A stretch of 64,000 nt of DNA. It comes from Phoronis australis (taxonomy: Eukaryota > Animalia > Phoronida). The notes beneath the pieces were generated by a model. The model worked only from the letters and a program-made list of their open reading frames with translations. It was not told where the DNA came from and made no database searches. The position numbers and the translations under genes were made by a program. The stretch's first letter is position 1. The number at the start of each line of letters is the position of its first letter. Positions 13,101 to 28,100 of this stretch are shown here, piece after piece. The DNA lies in assembly GCA_002633005.1 (NCBI GenBank), contig NMRA01000305.1, forward strand, positions 429,110-493,109. Reading direction: 5' to 3'.

Positions 13101-16100
13101 CAATAGAATTTAAATTTAATAAGTAAGAATTGTTAGTCTTCATACACACTGTATGTTGGTCCCATCACGTGACTTATAGTGAAGTCTGACAAGATCCCAG
13201 TCCCAACTAGGGAGATCTTTTCAGACTTCACTATAAGTCACAACCAACAGATGGCGTGTATGATGACTAATAACGCTTACTGATACGATATCAACACACT
13301 GATATATTACAACACAATTACGTAATTCCCAAGACTACTTTCTCCAAATCAAACTCATTTTATACAATCATTCTAGCATAGCAGTATTCTTCAGGTGTAT
13401 CTGATGACAAACATTCTAGTAATTTAAAGGAGGAATTTGAATGTTTTAACAAGACGAATTAATTTGAGGTAAGGTTAAGACCACAAGAGTGCCAAGTGGC
13501 CAATGTATTTTTTGACACCCTTGTGTTTACCTGCATGGTTTGGTTGCCAGAATCGCAATCTCGTGCAGTTGGTCATGGCTCCAATTGGAATGTCCAGGGA
13601 GAAAACTCTAAAAAACACAATGACAGATATAGAAAGTAGTCTGTTAATTCTTAATTAATACTGAAAATCAGCAAACGAAGCTACGGTAAAAATCATGCAG
13701 TTTGGAACAGTCTCTAAAACTTTGGACATTTGAAATCAAGTCAAATTTGAATTTTCTTGAATCTGATGGGGACATGGGTAATTTTGAGGTTCATCATAAT
13801 TCTCAAATATTGGGCATTGCATTTTATATCAACAAAGTCCAAGAAAAAATCGTCAAAATATCTGCCAATGCGAAACTGATCATTTCCTAATTCTTGAATT
13901 TGGAACGGCCAATATTCCTCATTTCTAAATTTTTGTACAAGCTCCAACCTTGTCCAAAATATTTTACCTCCACTGTTCCTAACTGGAGAATTTTTACTGC
14001 ATATATCTGTCAATATCAAACCGCTTATCCATCAGGAACTATCGAAAGAGCTTACAGTTCAAAGTTCAGTTGTTTCATGGTGGGTATAATAACACACGCC
14101 TACCTTGTATTGTAGCCAGGCTCATAGTGTAGTTCCTTGACCAGATGCCAGGTGATGCCACCGTTATTCGAGTACTGTAACAACACACTGTGGTTCCTGG
14201 GCCAGCCAGACCCGGACAGGCAGCCATATTTGAACCAAAACTGGACTTGAGTAGCTGTGGACAGGTCCAAGTCTTTACTGGTGGTTTGACGAAGGCCAGC
14301 CTTAGTAAAGGTAAAATTCACATATCAATGCAGTTTTCACACTTGAACCAGGTCTGCTGTACTGCATCTGCCTAACCCCTAGATCCTCGGAGCTGTCTTG
14401 TCTCATTTAATGGGATGACACTGGCTACAAGAGAGCTACGGGGTCTTTGGTTTGATAAAGAGGTACAGGAGGCTATCTACATGCATGCCCTAAAACCTGG
14501 AGAAGAAGCTAGGTGGCGCCAGGTTTATATTGTCGTCTGCATGGAATGAGAGTGTTGACGATGCCACCAGACAAACCAGATCCCATGTGAACGGAGTTCC
14601 CGCCATGCATTTAAGTAGCAGTCAACATCACCACATCGCAGCAGACGAGACATCTTTGAGGATCAAGGAATTAGGTAAAAACAGTCCAGCGGACCAGGTT
14701 TAAGTAGTAATACTATCAAATTCTTGATGGTTGACGACCAACATTTTGTTAATTTTGTAACTCACTTATATGTAAATTTACCGTCCGGTGGTTTTTCTGT
14801 TCAAATAACCGTCATTCATCCTCAGATGCATCATCACTCCTGCAATCTGCATGACTCACATACTAGAGTGGAGACAGCGTACCAAACCCATGTTGTTCTC
14901 ATTCAATGACCAGTGAGATCAGATCACAAGATTTTGTGCTCAGCTCGTCATGAAGTCAATCAGTATACACGACCGAGCAGTTGCAGGCAAGCTCCCGACC
15001 TGCCACTGTTCACGGCAAGTCAGGCAACTTTTGTATACTAATGTCAATAAAACAAAAAATTACGTTTTCCATGTACTCATGCCATGGAACGAATAACCTC
15101 ATATGATTTATAACAGGAAACTATAATTGAGCAGTTAAATGACAGTTAATATTTTCATATTAAAACGAGATAGGCAAGAAATTCAAGTTTGAGCCCCAAA
15201 CTCTGGTCGCCTATATTACCGTAATATAGGGATCATGTTTTTGGCCGCCATCAGGAGGGGTCTCTTGTATAAATAAGTGGGGGCCCCACTCTTTGGCTGT
15301 CTTTGGACATGGTCCTTTCATATATACAGGGAGCCCCACTTGCGAAGACCAAAAATGAATTGTTTGCTCAAGTCATTTTAATAGGAATAAGTCACTTAAA
15401 ATTATTAATAAGTTGTTCAGTAAATTTTTATTTTCAACCGTCCAGTACTATTCCAGGCTAATCCTAGCACCACAATCCCTCACCCACCTTGAAGAATACT
15501 AGCGCCGTCCCTTCTACGACCACCCCACACACAGCAGTTATCTCCCCTCCGTAGACTGCCGTCCACTTGGTGCGGTCAATTGCTGACGACTGGAATGTAT
15601 CTTTCATGTACTTGGACAGAGCAGTGACGGAGACGCAGTGAACACCGCCAAACCCTTTATCACACCTGAAACATGAGACCAACACACACGCACACACATT
15701 ATTATCAAGTGCCAAGGAAGGACATTCCTCATCTTTAATACATGGACACAGCTAATGGTATTTTTAATGCAAGAATGGTTACAGTGACAAGATAACCAAT
15801 ATTGCCAGTAAAATGAAATCCTATCTTAAAAGACGAAAACATTACTATGCATACAGTGTCACGTATTTAGGTCCTATTATCAAAATAGTGAGACTTTTCA
15901 ATGCATTTTTTTCCTTTAGACTAGTATCTCACATCTTATAGACACATGTGCCCAAGCCTCACTTATGTAAGCAGGCCACAAGTCTATGTTTATGGCTGTC
16001 TTAAATTAGATTTTTTGTCCACTTTTTGTACTTTTCTTCATGTTACGGTTAAACATCACCAATTTAGAACACAATATGGCTGATAGAGGACTTTTTTCAC

Positions 16101-19100
16101 AAAAGACAGGTTGCAACAATTCGGTTTTAAATCTCATTCCACCTCTTGACAAAAGTCGAGACTTGGCGTATTTATGGGCATTCATGCAAGTTAGAGTTAA
16201 AAGCTTTTGAAATATGAGAAACAGTTTATTTTGGAAAATTATTTTTGTCAGAGTTTAGTGAGATTTTACGGTTAGCTGGTTGACAGTTGCTTGGAAGCAA
16301 TGTGGGGTCGAATTGAGTAGATTTGAATTTATGTTTCATCAAAGTGAATTCACAACAATACCTAACATTTTGTAACGAATGAGTTCACTCACATATTTTT
16401 TAAAATTTTCTCCTTGGTTTCAATCAAACAATTCCCATAAAAGCACATGGGCTTAAGCATTCAAATACGTTTAGAAGGAAAATGTTTACACACAGCAAGT
16501 ACTAGACAACGCCGTTGGGTCCTTGTGTCGGGCTTATAGCGCCTGTCTTACCTTCAGTTGCGTGTAGAAAAAGGAACTAGTAATTTGCACAAAAACCAAA
16601 TATTCACCAAAAAGTCACGCGTGTGTCAAAGATTCCATAGACACTGTATACTTTTGGAAATCATACTACACACTGATGGAATACAGTAAGGTTGCAACAT
16701 GCAGACTGTCATGCATAAGTAAAAATAAACTCCAAATAGGTATAAGATACAATTCTCCTATTGGTGCATGCAGTCATGTGACTTACACGCACTGCCCAGC
16801 TTGACAGTAGCCATGTCCAGAACACATCCACGGACATCCATCTCCAAGATATACATTGTCCAGGGCCCACACATTTGTCCGCAATGATGGCGAATGCTGG
16901 ATCCATCGAAATCGGGTATTTGGTGATCTGAAAAGATACACCACAACAAATATACGTACCGGTGATATGATAGCTGTGAGATGCTATCTAATAAAGAGTG
17001 AAAGTATCGTTGAACTGAAGATACTGTAATATTCAATAACTGGCCAATTTTCAAACATTTTATATTGAATGTGGACACTTGTTTATTAACAAAACAAAAC
17101 ACAGTTCTATGTTAGCATTTAATATGTCTTGTTTAGGTTCGCCTCTTGTTTACTAAAGTTTACATGTAGTAAACTATAGCTGAACCCATCACGTATACAT
17201 CGTGTAAACGTTATAACTTACTTATTACATGAGTGAGAAGGAATAAAAAATAGCTTCACTCTCACATTCACACTGCCCAGATCTCGGTGCTTAACTTAAC
17301 AAATTTACAGTGAATCTACGTTGATGAACTGTTTCCTGCTCTCTATCTATTTAGATATTCAAAAGAGGAACATTTACTCACTAGTACCACCTGGTGGAAC
17401 ATTTACTCACTAGTACCACCTGGTGGATATAAAGTCTCCCATTACATCTCTGAATACTTTCAATGCTGAGAAGTGACTACACCCAGTGCGTCACTACTTC
17501 ACTGCACTTACACTGTAGATGAAGGCAAGTAGACCGTCACTCTGGTCCACTTCGGGTACACCCCCGACAGGTAGCGCGTCCCCATGTTGAAGTCGGTGCA
17601 GTCGGAAACGGACGGGGTACACTCGTCAGTCACAGGTTGCCACGTGCGACCCAGGTCAATGGAGTATTCCAAGCTGATGTTGTAGAGAGACGAGTAAGGC
17701 CCGCTGCAGCCCATGTTGAGGTCAAACTGCAGGAACATGGAGGATGTCACGTGGAAATCCCACGTCTCAGCATATCTGGAAGAACCTGGAAACAGGAAGT
17801 GTGTGCAAAGGTCATAAATGTTACAGAGGTCAAAAGACACAAATATAAATAATTGCAGCATCCAACTACTAAACGCAAAACCCAACTCAGCTGCTTTAGA
17901 ATAAGTCAAATCAGTAACTTACGCAATTTTTTGATAGGTACAGTTATCAAACTAATGTAAGTACTCTGGAACTTTGAAATTAGCACTTGCAAATCTTAGA
18001 ACTGACCCATACCTCCACACCCAACCATAACTTACAGCTGACCAATACCTCCTCACCCACTCATAACTTACAGCTGACCCATACCTCCACACCCACCCAT
18101 AACTTACAGCTGACCAATACCTCCTCACCCACTCATAACTTACAGCTGACCAATACCTCCACACCCACCCATAACTTAGAGCTGTCCCATACCTCCACAC
18201 CCACCCATAACTTACAGCTGACCCATACCTCCACACCCACCCATAACTTACAGCTGACCCATACCAGCACTTAAGAATACAGCATGACTGACAGGTGAAG
18301 ATATATTTCTCACTTTTTTATAAAATATTACACAAAATAAATAGTAAATAATTATATTCAAAGATCTATACCATAGCTACTAGCCAATCATGGCTCTCAG
18401 AAAGTGGGCATTCACATTTTTTAAAGCTTTTGAAAATTGAAAAGATCAATTTTGGCAGTTATCTTTGTACAACATTGGTGAGATTTAACAGTATTCCAAT
18501 CTACATTAAGTATAGACACTCCTACTGTCACGCCCACCTACCATCACTCTTACTTAACGCCAAAGCTCTCACACATAACCTACTGCCAATCAAACTGAAC
18601 TCCGACAAACTCTCATGCCCACTTACCGCCACTCTTACTGAACTCCAGCACGCTGCCCCGCCCCCCACAGCTGATACGGGGCAGGGCATTTTGGGCCATG
18701 AACCAGACCTCCTCTTGCAGGGGACTGAAGTCCTCCTGGAAACCAAACATACTGGTATCGTTGACGCCCACAACAATACTGTCAATGGACCACTGCGCAC
18801 GTTGGACACCTGATGAGTAGAAAAGAGGCAAAGACTTATTGCAAATAATTGCAGGTGGCCTGGTACACATTATACCAGACATGCGCAGGGCGCTCAGATG
18901 GGCCCATTGCACTGATCACCTGAAAGCATTTTAAAAGTTAAAACTAAGCTGAGGAGCTAGAGACCTGACTCAAGGGTCTAGCAGTGTGCCCCAGTGGGAC
19001 TCGAACCCATAACCTTCTGTAAAGAAGTGCACACTTATCCCATTAGGCCACACTGCCTCCTCTATTGCAACAGTAAGTGCTACAGAATTCTACTTCTTTT

Positions 19101-22100
19101 AAAAGAAGAGTAATCTGAAAGTACAGTAGGACCCAGTTAATGTCATACCAGATAATAGAATATCCCGGCCGGTTATTGTCATGAAATGTGAAAAAACAAC
19201 TGAATCATTCCCCGTTAAAATCTGGTAAAATAATCCACTTATAATGTAATTATGTAATGATATATATCCGAATATTGAGCCATTAAAAATCACCAAAATT
19301 GATTCTCACCCGCTTACTAGCATGACGCGCACCTTCGTTTTTCTATCTAAATGCAACTTCATTCATCTTATTCATTTGCCTCATCCGACCTCGGCGACTG
19401 GGGTAAAAATCAATCATTTCTTGTTTGCCAGTCTTACTCACTGCCAAGTTGAAACCCACTTAATGGAATATCCCACTTATTATGATAATTTATGTTGAAA
19501 CAGAGGACATGTCGTTAAGCAGGCTCCAACGTATAACTTTATGGTTGCTCTGCCATTCCTAATATGATGTATTATTTTGAAAAATAAAAATTGACTTTAA
19601 TACAATCATAAACAATGGATTGTGGGATACCATCCATCCAAAGCAGAATGAAACTATAAGCAGACTGAGAACGCCAGTACACCAACATTTCCAGCCAACA
19701 GGGGGCCTCGGCGATGGATATTCCACAAATCTCGGACCGTAAAAAGGTGAATAGTACTAGATAAACAGCCTTGAGCATAAGTTTTGTTGAAAGTTAAAAC
19801 AAAAATGTCATCGTGACTGGAAGAAAAAGAAAAGTGTCTGTAGTATTTCTTAAACTCATACAAGGCAGTTTGTCTTCAAAGTTGTAAAATAAATCAAATA
19901 ACCCATTTCAGGACTTACAAACATAGTACAACACAACGCCAACACCCTAAAAACCACCACAACAAATATATGCTTGCCTGCCCAGCGTTTTACATCAACT
20001 TAGCCAAGGTCGACGCATAATGAGTTCATGGTGTGTCACCATAGCCACATTAAGACGAACGAAATAAGACTGAAAAAATTTCTTGGTTATGTGTTTTCCA
20101 TTCATTGATATAATACCACCCGGTCTGTCTCAATTTCCTCATGTATCATTCTGTCCTTGTGTAATGACTTCTGGGCTGTTTCCACGAACCCCAAAAAAGG
20201 GTGAGTGCACGACGTTACGTACCATTCCCCTGAACTCTTAAAGCCAATAAATTTCCAACAGCAGAATCTGATCTAGTATTGTGTTTGATTAAACTTGACA
20301 AACAAGCCTTTTGTGTTTGTACACAATACTAGTAAGTGGGTCAGAGTTTACAGTCACACAAGGGAATAAGCAGGTGAAAGTTACGTCTAATTTCTCTGAA
20401 AGTCAACCGTTTTTTTCCATTTGAAGTTTTTTGGTGATAGTATTTCATACAAAACACATCTTTGTCACGACATTTGTTGAATGTGGTTTGGAAATAGTAT
20501 TTTTAAATATCAGTTAATGCCAGGCATGCTGTTTACAACATAATTGTTGGATTACGCGAGCTTATCAGATGAACGCAGNNNNNNNNNNNNNNNNNNNNNN
20601 NNNNNNNNNNNNNNNNNNNNNNNNNNNNNNNNNNNNNNNNNNNNNNNNNNNNNNNNNNNNNNNNNNNNNNNNNNNNNNNNNNNNNNNNNNNNNNNNNNNN
20701 NNNNNNNNNNNNNNNNNNNNNNNNNNNNNNNNNNNNNNNNNNNNNNNNNNNNNNNNNNNNNNNNNNNNNNNNNNNNNNNNNNNNNNNNNNNNNNNNNNNN
20801 NNNNNNNNNNNNNNNNNNNNNNNNNNNNNNNNNNNNNNNNNNNNNNNNNNNNNNNNNNNNNNNNNNNNNNNNNNNNNNNNNNNNNNNNNNNNNNNNNNNN
20901 NNNNNNNNNNNNNNNNNNNNNNNNNNNNNNNNNNNNNNNNNNNNNNNNNNNNNNNNNNNNNNNNNNNNNNNNNNNNNNNNNNNNNNNNNNNNNNNNNNNN
21001 NNNNNNNNNNNNNNNNNNNNCCGCCACTCTTACTGAACTCCAGCACGCTGCCCCGCCCCCCACAGCTGATACGGGGCAGGGCATTTTGGGCCATGAACCA
21101 GACCTCCTCTTGCAGAGGACTGAAGTCCTCCTGGAAACCAAACATACTGGTATCGTTGACGCCCACCACAATACTGTCAATGGACCACTGCGCACGCTGG
21201 ACACCTGATGAGTAAAAAAGAGGCAAAGACTTATTGCAAATAATTGCAGATGGCCTCTGGTACACGTAATACCAGACGTGAGCAGGGCGCTCAGATGGGC
21301 CCATTGCACTGATCACCTGAAAGCATTTTTACGAAAGTTAAAGCTAAGCTGAGGAGCTAGAGACCTGACTCAAGGGTCTAGCAGTGTGCCCCAGTGGGAC
21401 TTGAACCCACCACGTCCAGTAAAGAAGCCGACACTTATCCCACTAGGCCACGCTGCCTCAGCTATTGCAACAGTAAGTGCTACAGAATTCTACTTCTTTT
21501 TTAGAAGAGTAATCAGAAAGTAGAGAGGGACCGAGTTAATGTCATACCAGATAATAGAATATCCTGGCCGGTTATTGTCATGAAATGTGAAAAAAAATCA
21601 ATCATTTCCCATTAAAATCGGGTAAAATAATCCACTTATAATGTAATTAAAAATATCCAAATATTGAGCCATTAAAAATCACCAAAATTGATTCTCACCC
21701 ACTTATTGGCATGACGCGCACCTTCGTTTTTCTATCTAAATGTAACCTCATTCATCTTATTCATTTGCCTCATCCAACCTCGGCGACCGGGGTAAAAATC
21801 AATCATTTCTTGTTCGCCGGTCTTACTCCGACACTCTCCAATATGATAAGATGATGTGAGTGCTTACGATCACTGCCAAGTTGAAACCCACTCGGCTTAA
21901 TGGAAAATTTTCACTTTGATAATTCATGTTGAAACAGAGGACATGTCGTTAAGCAGGCTCCACCATATATATGACTTTAATACAATAAACAATGGATTGT
22001 GGGATACCATCCATCCAAAGCAGAAAGAAACTATAAGCGGACTGGGAATGCCAGTACACCAACATTTCCACCCAACAGGGGGCCTCGGCGATGGATATTC

Positions 22101-25100
22101 CACAAATCTCGGACCGTAAAAACGCGAATAGTACTAAATAAACAGCCTTGAGCATAAGTTTTGTTGAAAGTTAAAACAAAAATGTCATCGTGACTGGAAG
22201 AAAAAGAAAAGAGTCTGTAATATTTCTCAAACTCTTACAACGCAGTTTGTCTTCAAAGTTGTAAAATAAGTCAAATAACCCATTTCAGGACTTACAAACA
22301 TAGTACAACACAACGCCAACACCCTAAAACCACCACAACAAATATATGCTTGCCTGCCCAGCGCTTTTATGTCAACTTAGCCAAGGTCGCCCCATGAGTT
22401 CAAGGACGACGCATAATGAGTTCAAGGTCGACGCATAATGAGTTCATGGTGAGTCACCATGGCCACATTAAGACGAACGAAATACGACTGAAAAAATTTC
22501 TTGGTTATGTGTTTTCCATTCATTGATATAGTACTACCCAGTCTGTCTCAATTTTCTCATGTATCATTCTGTCCTTGTGTAATGACTTCTGGGCTGTTTC
22601 CACGAACCCCAAAAACATCGGAGGGTGAGTGCACGATGTTACGTACCATTCCCCAGAACTCTTAAAGCCAGTAAATTTCCAACAGCAGGATCTGATCTAG
22701 TATGTGTTTGATTAAACTTGACAAACAAAACTTTTGTGTTTGTACACAATGCTAGAAAGTGGGTCAGAGTTTAAAGTCACACAAGGGAATAAGCAAGTGA
22801 AAGTTACGTCTAATTTCTCTGAAAGTCAACCGTTTTTTTCCGTTTGAAGTTTTTTGGTGATAGTATTTCATACAAAACACATCTTTGTCACGACATTTGT
22901 TGAATGTGGTTTGGAAATAGTATTTTTAAATATCAGTTAATGCCAGGCATGCTGTTTACAACATAATTGTTGGATTACGCGAGCTTATAACGAAACGGCT
23001 GTATCCTAACTACCCTATCAGTGAAATCCGGATACTCATCCCATAGCGTGGGTGCATAACGAGACCCCACTGTTGGACCCGTAGGGTGAACACAGCTTAC
23101 CCTTTTCACCTAAAGGTTGCCACCAACGGAACTTTGTAGCGAGGGTCTTGGCTGCTGGAGGAACTCTCACATTGATCACCTGGGCATTGAAACAACAAAG
23201 GAATGGGTCCATGACCTTGAGCGTGTGCCAGGTAATACCGTTGTTAATAGAATAATCCAGGATAACACCCTCATTACGATGCTGAGGTTTGAGACAAGAG
23301 GGGGAGCCCCTAAAGCTGCCGATTTTGATCACAAACTGTATTACCCTGAAAACAGAACAAACGTTTTGCAATTGAGTTGAGACGCTGAAAATTAGAGCCC
23401 AGTGCTCAATGTGAAATGTAAGTTGTCACCCTTGACCACTGCGGTAAGCAAAAGAAAGCACACTACAGACAAAACAATCTTCAATCCAAGCAGGAAAGTT
23501 ACTTATTTTTTATGACAATTATACCACTGAGGATAAGACTGAATTAATACAAGGTTCATGTAATCATAAGAGAAGCCTAATTTCAGGCCTTTTGAGGGTG
23601 TTTTTAAGGCTTATCAATATGAGTTGAAGGCCTCTTTGACAAATTTTTTGCACGTGAATAAGAACACAACAAAGACATAATGCAACCAAATACATGTATA
23701 TTGGACTATTACATCTACCCCCTTTCGAAAAAGCGTTGGCTAAGTTCCCGACCCAAACTGCAGATGGGATGGAAAAGTACCACTAACACCAGAAACATAC
23801 AACTGAATTGTACACCTGTGGAGAAATTCCAAACTATAATTAAACGTTGTCTCCCCTTACTTCTGAAATTACTAAGTCTTTACTTTACCATGTTTAAGCG
23901 AAATGCCAACAAGAGTATTTCATAATAAATATTCCAGAATTTCATGATTATGAACAGTGCTGTTCAAGATTTCAATTTTCAGCAGATGTCATTATGAAAT
24001 GCCATTTATTGAATAGTTAAACGACTTACTTAATGTTGGTCGCATTCAGTTCCACTGTCTCGGCCACACGGCTTCCCAACTCACCAAAGTAGAGACCATT
24101 GCCAACATCAATAATACCACATTCCCTTCCAAGATGGCCGCCAAGAACTCTGGACCACAATGCACTGGGTTTATTGTCATCGTCAAAACGATCAAACAAC
24201 AGTGGTTGTTTGTCATTTAATTGGGATGATTCACAGTAAGGGCCTAGAAAGGTATAAACGACATTGGGATGATTCACAGTAAGGGCCTAGAGTGGTATAA
24301 ATGATTCACAGTAAGGGCCTAGAGTGGTATAAATGATTCACAGTAAGGGCCTAGAAAGGTATAAATGATCGACAGTAGGTGATCATGAGGTACACTGCTG
24401 CAGTAGATTTCAAAAAAATGATGGAATTTCTTCTCATTCGGAAATCGGTGAAATTTTGAAGCAAAAATTTACAGCTTAACTTCAAATGACGTCTAATGCT
24501 ACTTTTCCATCTGGTTCCCTTTTAGGTTTTCGTCACAACTTCAACGAAGCTGGACCAACTTTGACAATAAGTCTTATTAAATAAAATTACAGCAATACCA
24601 CTTGATGATATTAGGCAAATATCACAATTACTATTTCATCACTTCCCAATTTCTGGCCAACATTATCACTACTCGGTCAACAAGGCCAGAACAAAACCAT
24701 TAAGTGTTACTACGTGTTGTTTTCATTCCTCACTTTTCACTGCCAAACTTTTGTATTTAACGTTCCAACAATTGCAACATAATTACCAACTTTTGCAATT
24801 TTTGAGTTTGAAGTTTCAAAACTTATGAGTGATTATAAACCCACCATTCCGTTGAAGAAACTAAATTTCGATTTAGATCACTTGCCACTATAAAGTAATT
24901 CCCAACTTATTTTTTGCTCAGGTGATAAGTGATTTTTCACTTTGCAAAGACCTGACAATTCTTTATTTCTCAAAACCATGCCCAGCAAATGAAATGACAC
25001 GCCATGACAAATCAGCTTGTTGAGCCTGGGTGGAGTTCAGTAACACTAGGACCTCGCTAAAAAGCAAAAAAATTAGATTTTGTGAGATTACACAAGACTT

Positions 25101-28100
25101 TGCCATGTAGTTTCAACAAGAGCACGTCATGATTTTGGCTAGGTTTTTCTCGCCGCCAGACAGCTGCTGAACTCTACCCTAGTCTAAAGCAATAGCAAAC
25201 TGTTCTTTCTTTCCAAATCAGAAATCACATGTCCAGTTGATTAAAGGAAGAAATTAAGTCCAATTTCATAATGGATAGTGGTCTAAAACATAAATGGTTT
25301 TTGTGACAGAAGGTTTAAATCTGTAATAAAGTTCCACGAGTAAAAACTAGATGATTGTGATCAGTCAAAGGTCAGAAATCGCTAATTCCAATTCGTCAAC
25401 TGAGGCACCCAACTTAACAAGACAAAAATTATGTCCCATGTCAGATTACCCAGGTATCCACGGTCACAAGAGCACGTGTCGGCATGACACGTCCCATGTC
25501 CGTTACAGAGTTCTCCACACGGTGTGCCGATGTAGATACTGTCCAGAGCAAAGGTGGATGAGAAGCCGCCATTTTGGATCCAGTGGAAACGAGTCTTCCT
25601 TGGATAAAAGATAACAGACAGCTAAAGGGCAAGTCACATTATATCATTTGCAGCCATTACCTACAGCACATGTGAAGTTATTTGATAAAATTTTTAAGAG
25701 CGTATCTTTCTGACTGGTTACTCCAGCTATGAGTGTCATTAACACGGAGTAGGCTTTTTGAAATTGACAAGCAAGGTAAGTGACAGCAGTTCTTTGTGAA
25801 CCCAGCTCTTGGTCATACAACTGTCCTAGTTGGACTGTGTAACTAAAAATAGCTTAACAAAGGGTTTATGGTACTGGTTGAGAAGATAACTGTTTCGTTA
25901 CCCCCTGTGTATCTGAATACCTGAGCCCAGAATGAGTGAATTCTCATTACACTCAGTTGTCAGGACAAGCAATTCTGCTTGCGCTCAGACATCATGACGG
26001 GGAATTTCGCATCATTTTGTACAATTATTTTTGTTGTGTACTGCATCATTTCTAAACATCCAAAGGGAAACAAAAACGTGAAATTTCTGCTCACCAAAAT
26101 TAAGAATCAGTTGATCCTAAATTAGCCTCAAACATATGCAACAGATACACTGAATGTTAATCCAACATAATTTAGAAGACTTGGCAGTTCATAAAATCAT
26201 AGAAAATGGCCGCCGACGGAACGTATTCATCCATCCTTCTAGTGTGTGACATCGCGGTGAATAATCATTTGTCCTTGATCATAATTCTTGAATATGGGAC
26301 GACAAGCATTGTTTATTTTCAAAATTTGGTACAAATTCCAACCTTGATCAAAATTATGAATTTTCCACTGTCCCAATCTAGATAATTTTTACCATAAATA
26401 AATCACTGACACTTTGTATAATAAAGCACAACATTCACATTTTCAAATTAAAGCCAAAATGTGTTCCCAGCAGAAACTGTAATACCACAGTCATAACAAC
26501 AGAGGTCACTGCAAACAATTTTTGCTGAATGTTATAACTTGACCTAACAGCAGTAATACCACAGTCATAACAACAGAGGTCACTGCAAACACTCTTTGCT
26601 GAATGCTATAACTAGACCTAACAACCAACCCTTCATACTTTTTGTCATTGGTGAAAAAGTGGTACAAAGGATACTATAGACATCTGAACAAATATCTCGC
26701 CACAAGAACAACAAATATTGTCTGGTGAAAAAATAACTGAGGCAAATTATAACAAATACAAGAATAGCTTGGACTCACTTGAGTGTAATCTCGTCGTTCA
26801 GGGGAATTATGACCCTCGTCCACTCTCCATATGTGCCTGAGTAGTACACACTGCCCTCATGGTGGTCAGTCCCGCACTCGCCTTCCAGGTAACAATCTAA
26901 TTGGACGAGATGCCAGGTGTTGCCGGAGTCGTGTGAGTACTCCACATATACGGGGTAGTCATATGAGAAGGCCCGAGTACAGCCAACATTGATCTGTAAG
27001 AGGGCCCTTCAGTTAGGATCCCTTAATATTAAAACACTGTGTTGGTCTTAGGACAAACTGTCAAAGCAGAATTTATCTACGTTATGTACACCACTGAACC
27101 ATTCTTGTGGTTATGAAACTTTTTTGAATTTTTTTGAAAAAACATCTTGGTTAATAGAATATTAAAATTTCCAGTCATGTCAACCTTAGATAATAGAAAC
27201 ATTCAATCAAAACAATTCAGACTATAGTAGTTACAACTGCTCATCAAAGTTTTTTAAAAATAATTTCAACTAGTAACCCCATGGTCATTATGTTTTCTAG
27301 ATATTTAAAGTACATTATTAATGATACTTAGGGTCAACTAGAAAATATATGACCACACGACCTTGAACTGGACAATGTCCCCTTTAGATAGCTGCAGGTC
27401 CTTTGTGGTGACAAACTTCTGGTTGTCTTGAGCTGTAAACATCAACACTTGTTTGGACGACTGGCAAAAGGTGCCCATCATGGCGTCAGTGGTCTCTGAC
27501 CACTGGTCACTCACTTGGTCAGAGTACGTCTGTAACACAGTTTATAGAGATTTTTCATTTGGTAACACTATTCAACAAGTTATCTATCGTGACAAGCTTC
27601 CCTGTTCATGTAATTTTGAATTATTTTTTTGGATAGTTACGATAACAAGACTGATGGTGTACACAAGCAAAGTCAACCTATTGTGTGGCATCATATTGAA
27701 GACTGCGCAACGCTACTTAATCGTGATGGACCATACTGAGCAGCCCACTCGCGTCGGTCGAAATTCCTGGGCAAGCCACATTTTCATTCCAGAACAGTAG
27801 GCCAAACAACGCGAGTGCGTAACAGCAAGAAGATATTACATTACAAGAAATGGCTTCCTGGTAATAGCCTAGCATTCAAATTGATCCTAAAAAAGTGACC
27901 CTGAGCTTGCACCATGGTCGTTTAGCACCATGGCCATTTAGCATCATGGCAACTAGTGCTATCGCCATGCCTTCTAATGCTAAACAACAAATGTTACACA
28001 ATTACTCTAAATAAAATTCCAAATAACTAAAACACAACTATCCAAGCATTTTGTTTCTCACCTGAGAGCTGTCTTCCATGACATGTTGCGTGGCCCCAGG

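Larger units (their letters stand above)
18626..22988. repeat. ~2-kb tandem duplication across N gap 20579-21020
   Basis: 18626-~20565 vs 21021-22988. Confidence 0.9.

Noticed and set aside
18990-19058. Possible tRNA gene
   Set aside because: A/B boxes present but no clean cloverleaf, and followed by a shared multi-copy body: SINE head
20533-21316. Long ORFs of 155-258 aa
   Set aside because: They run through an N gap; only 21022-21204 is coding
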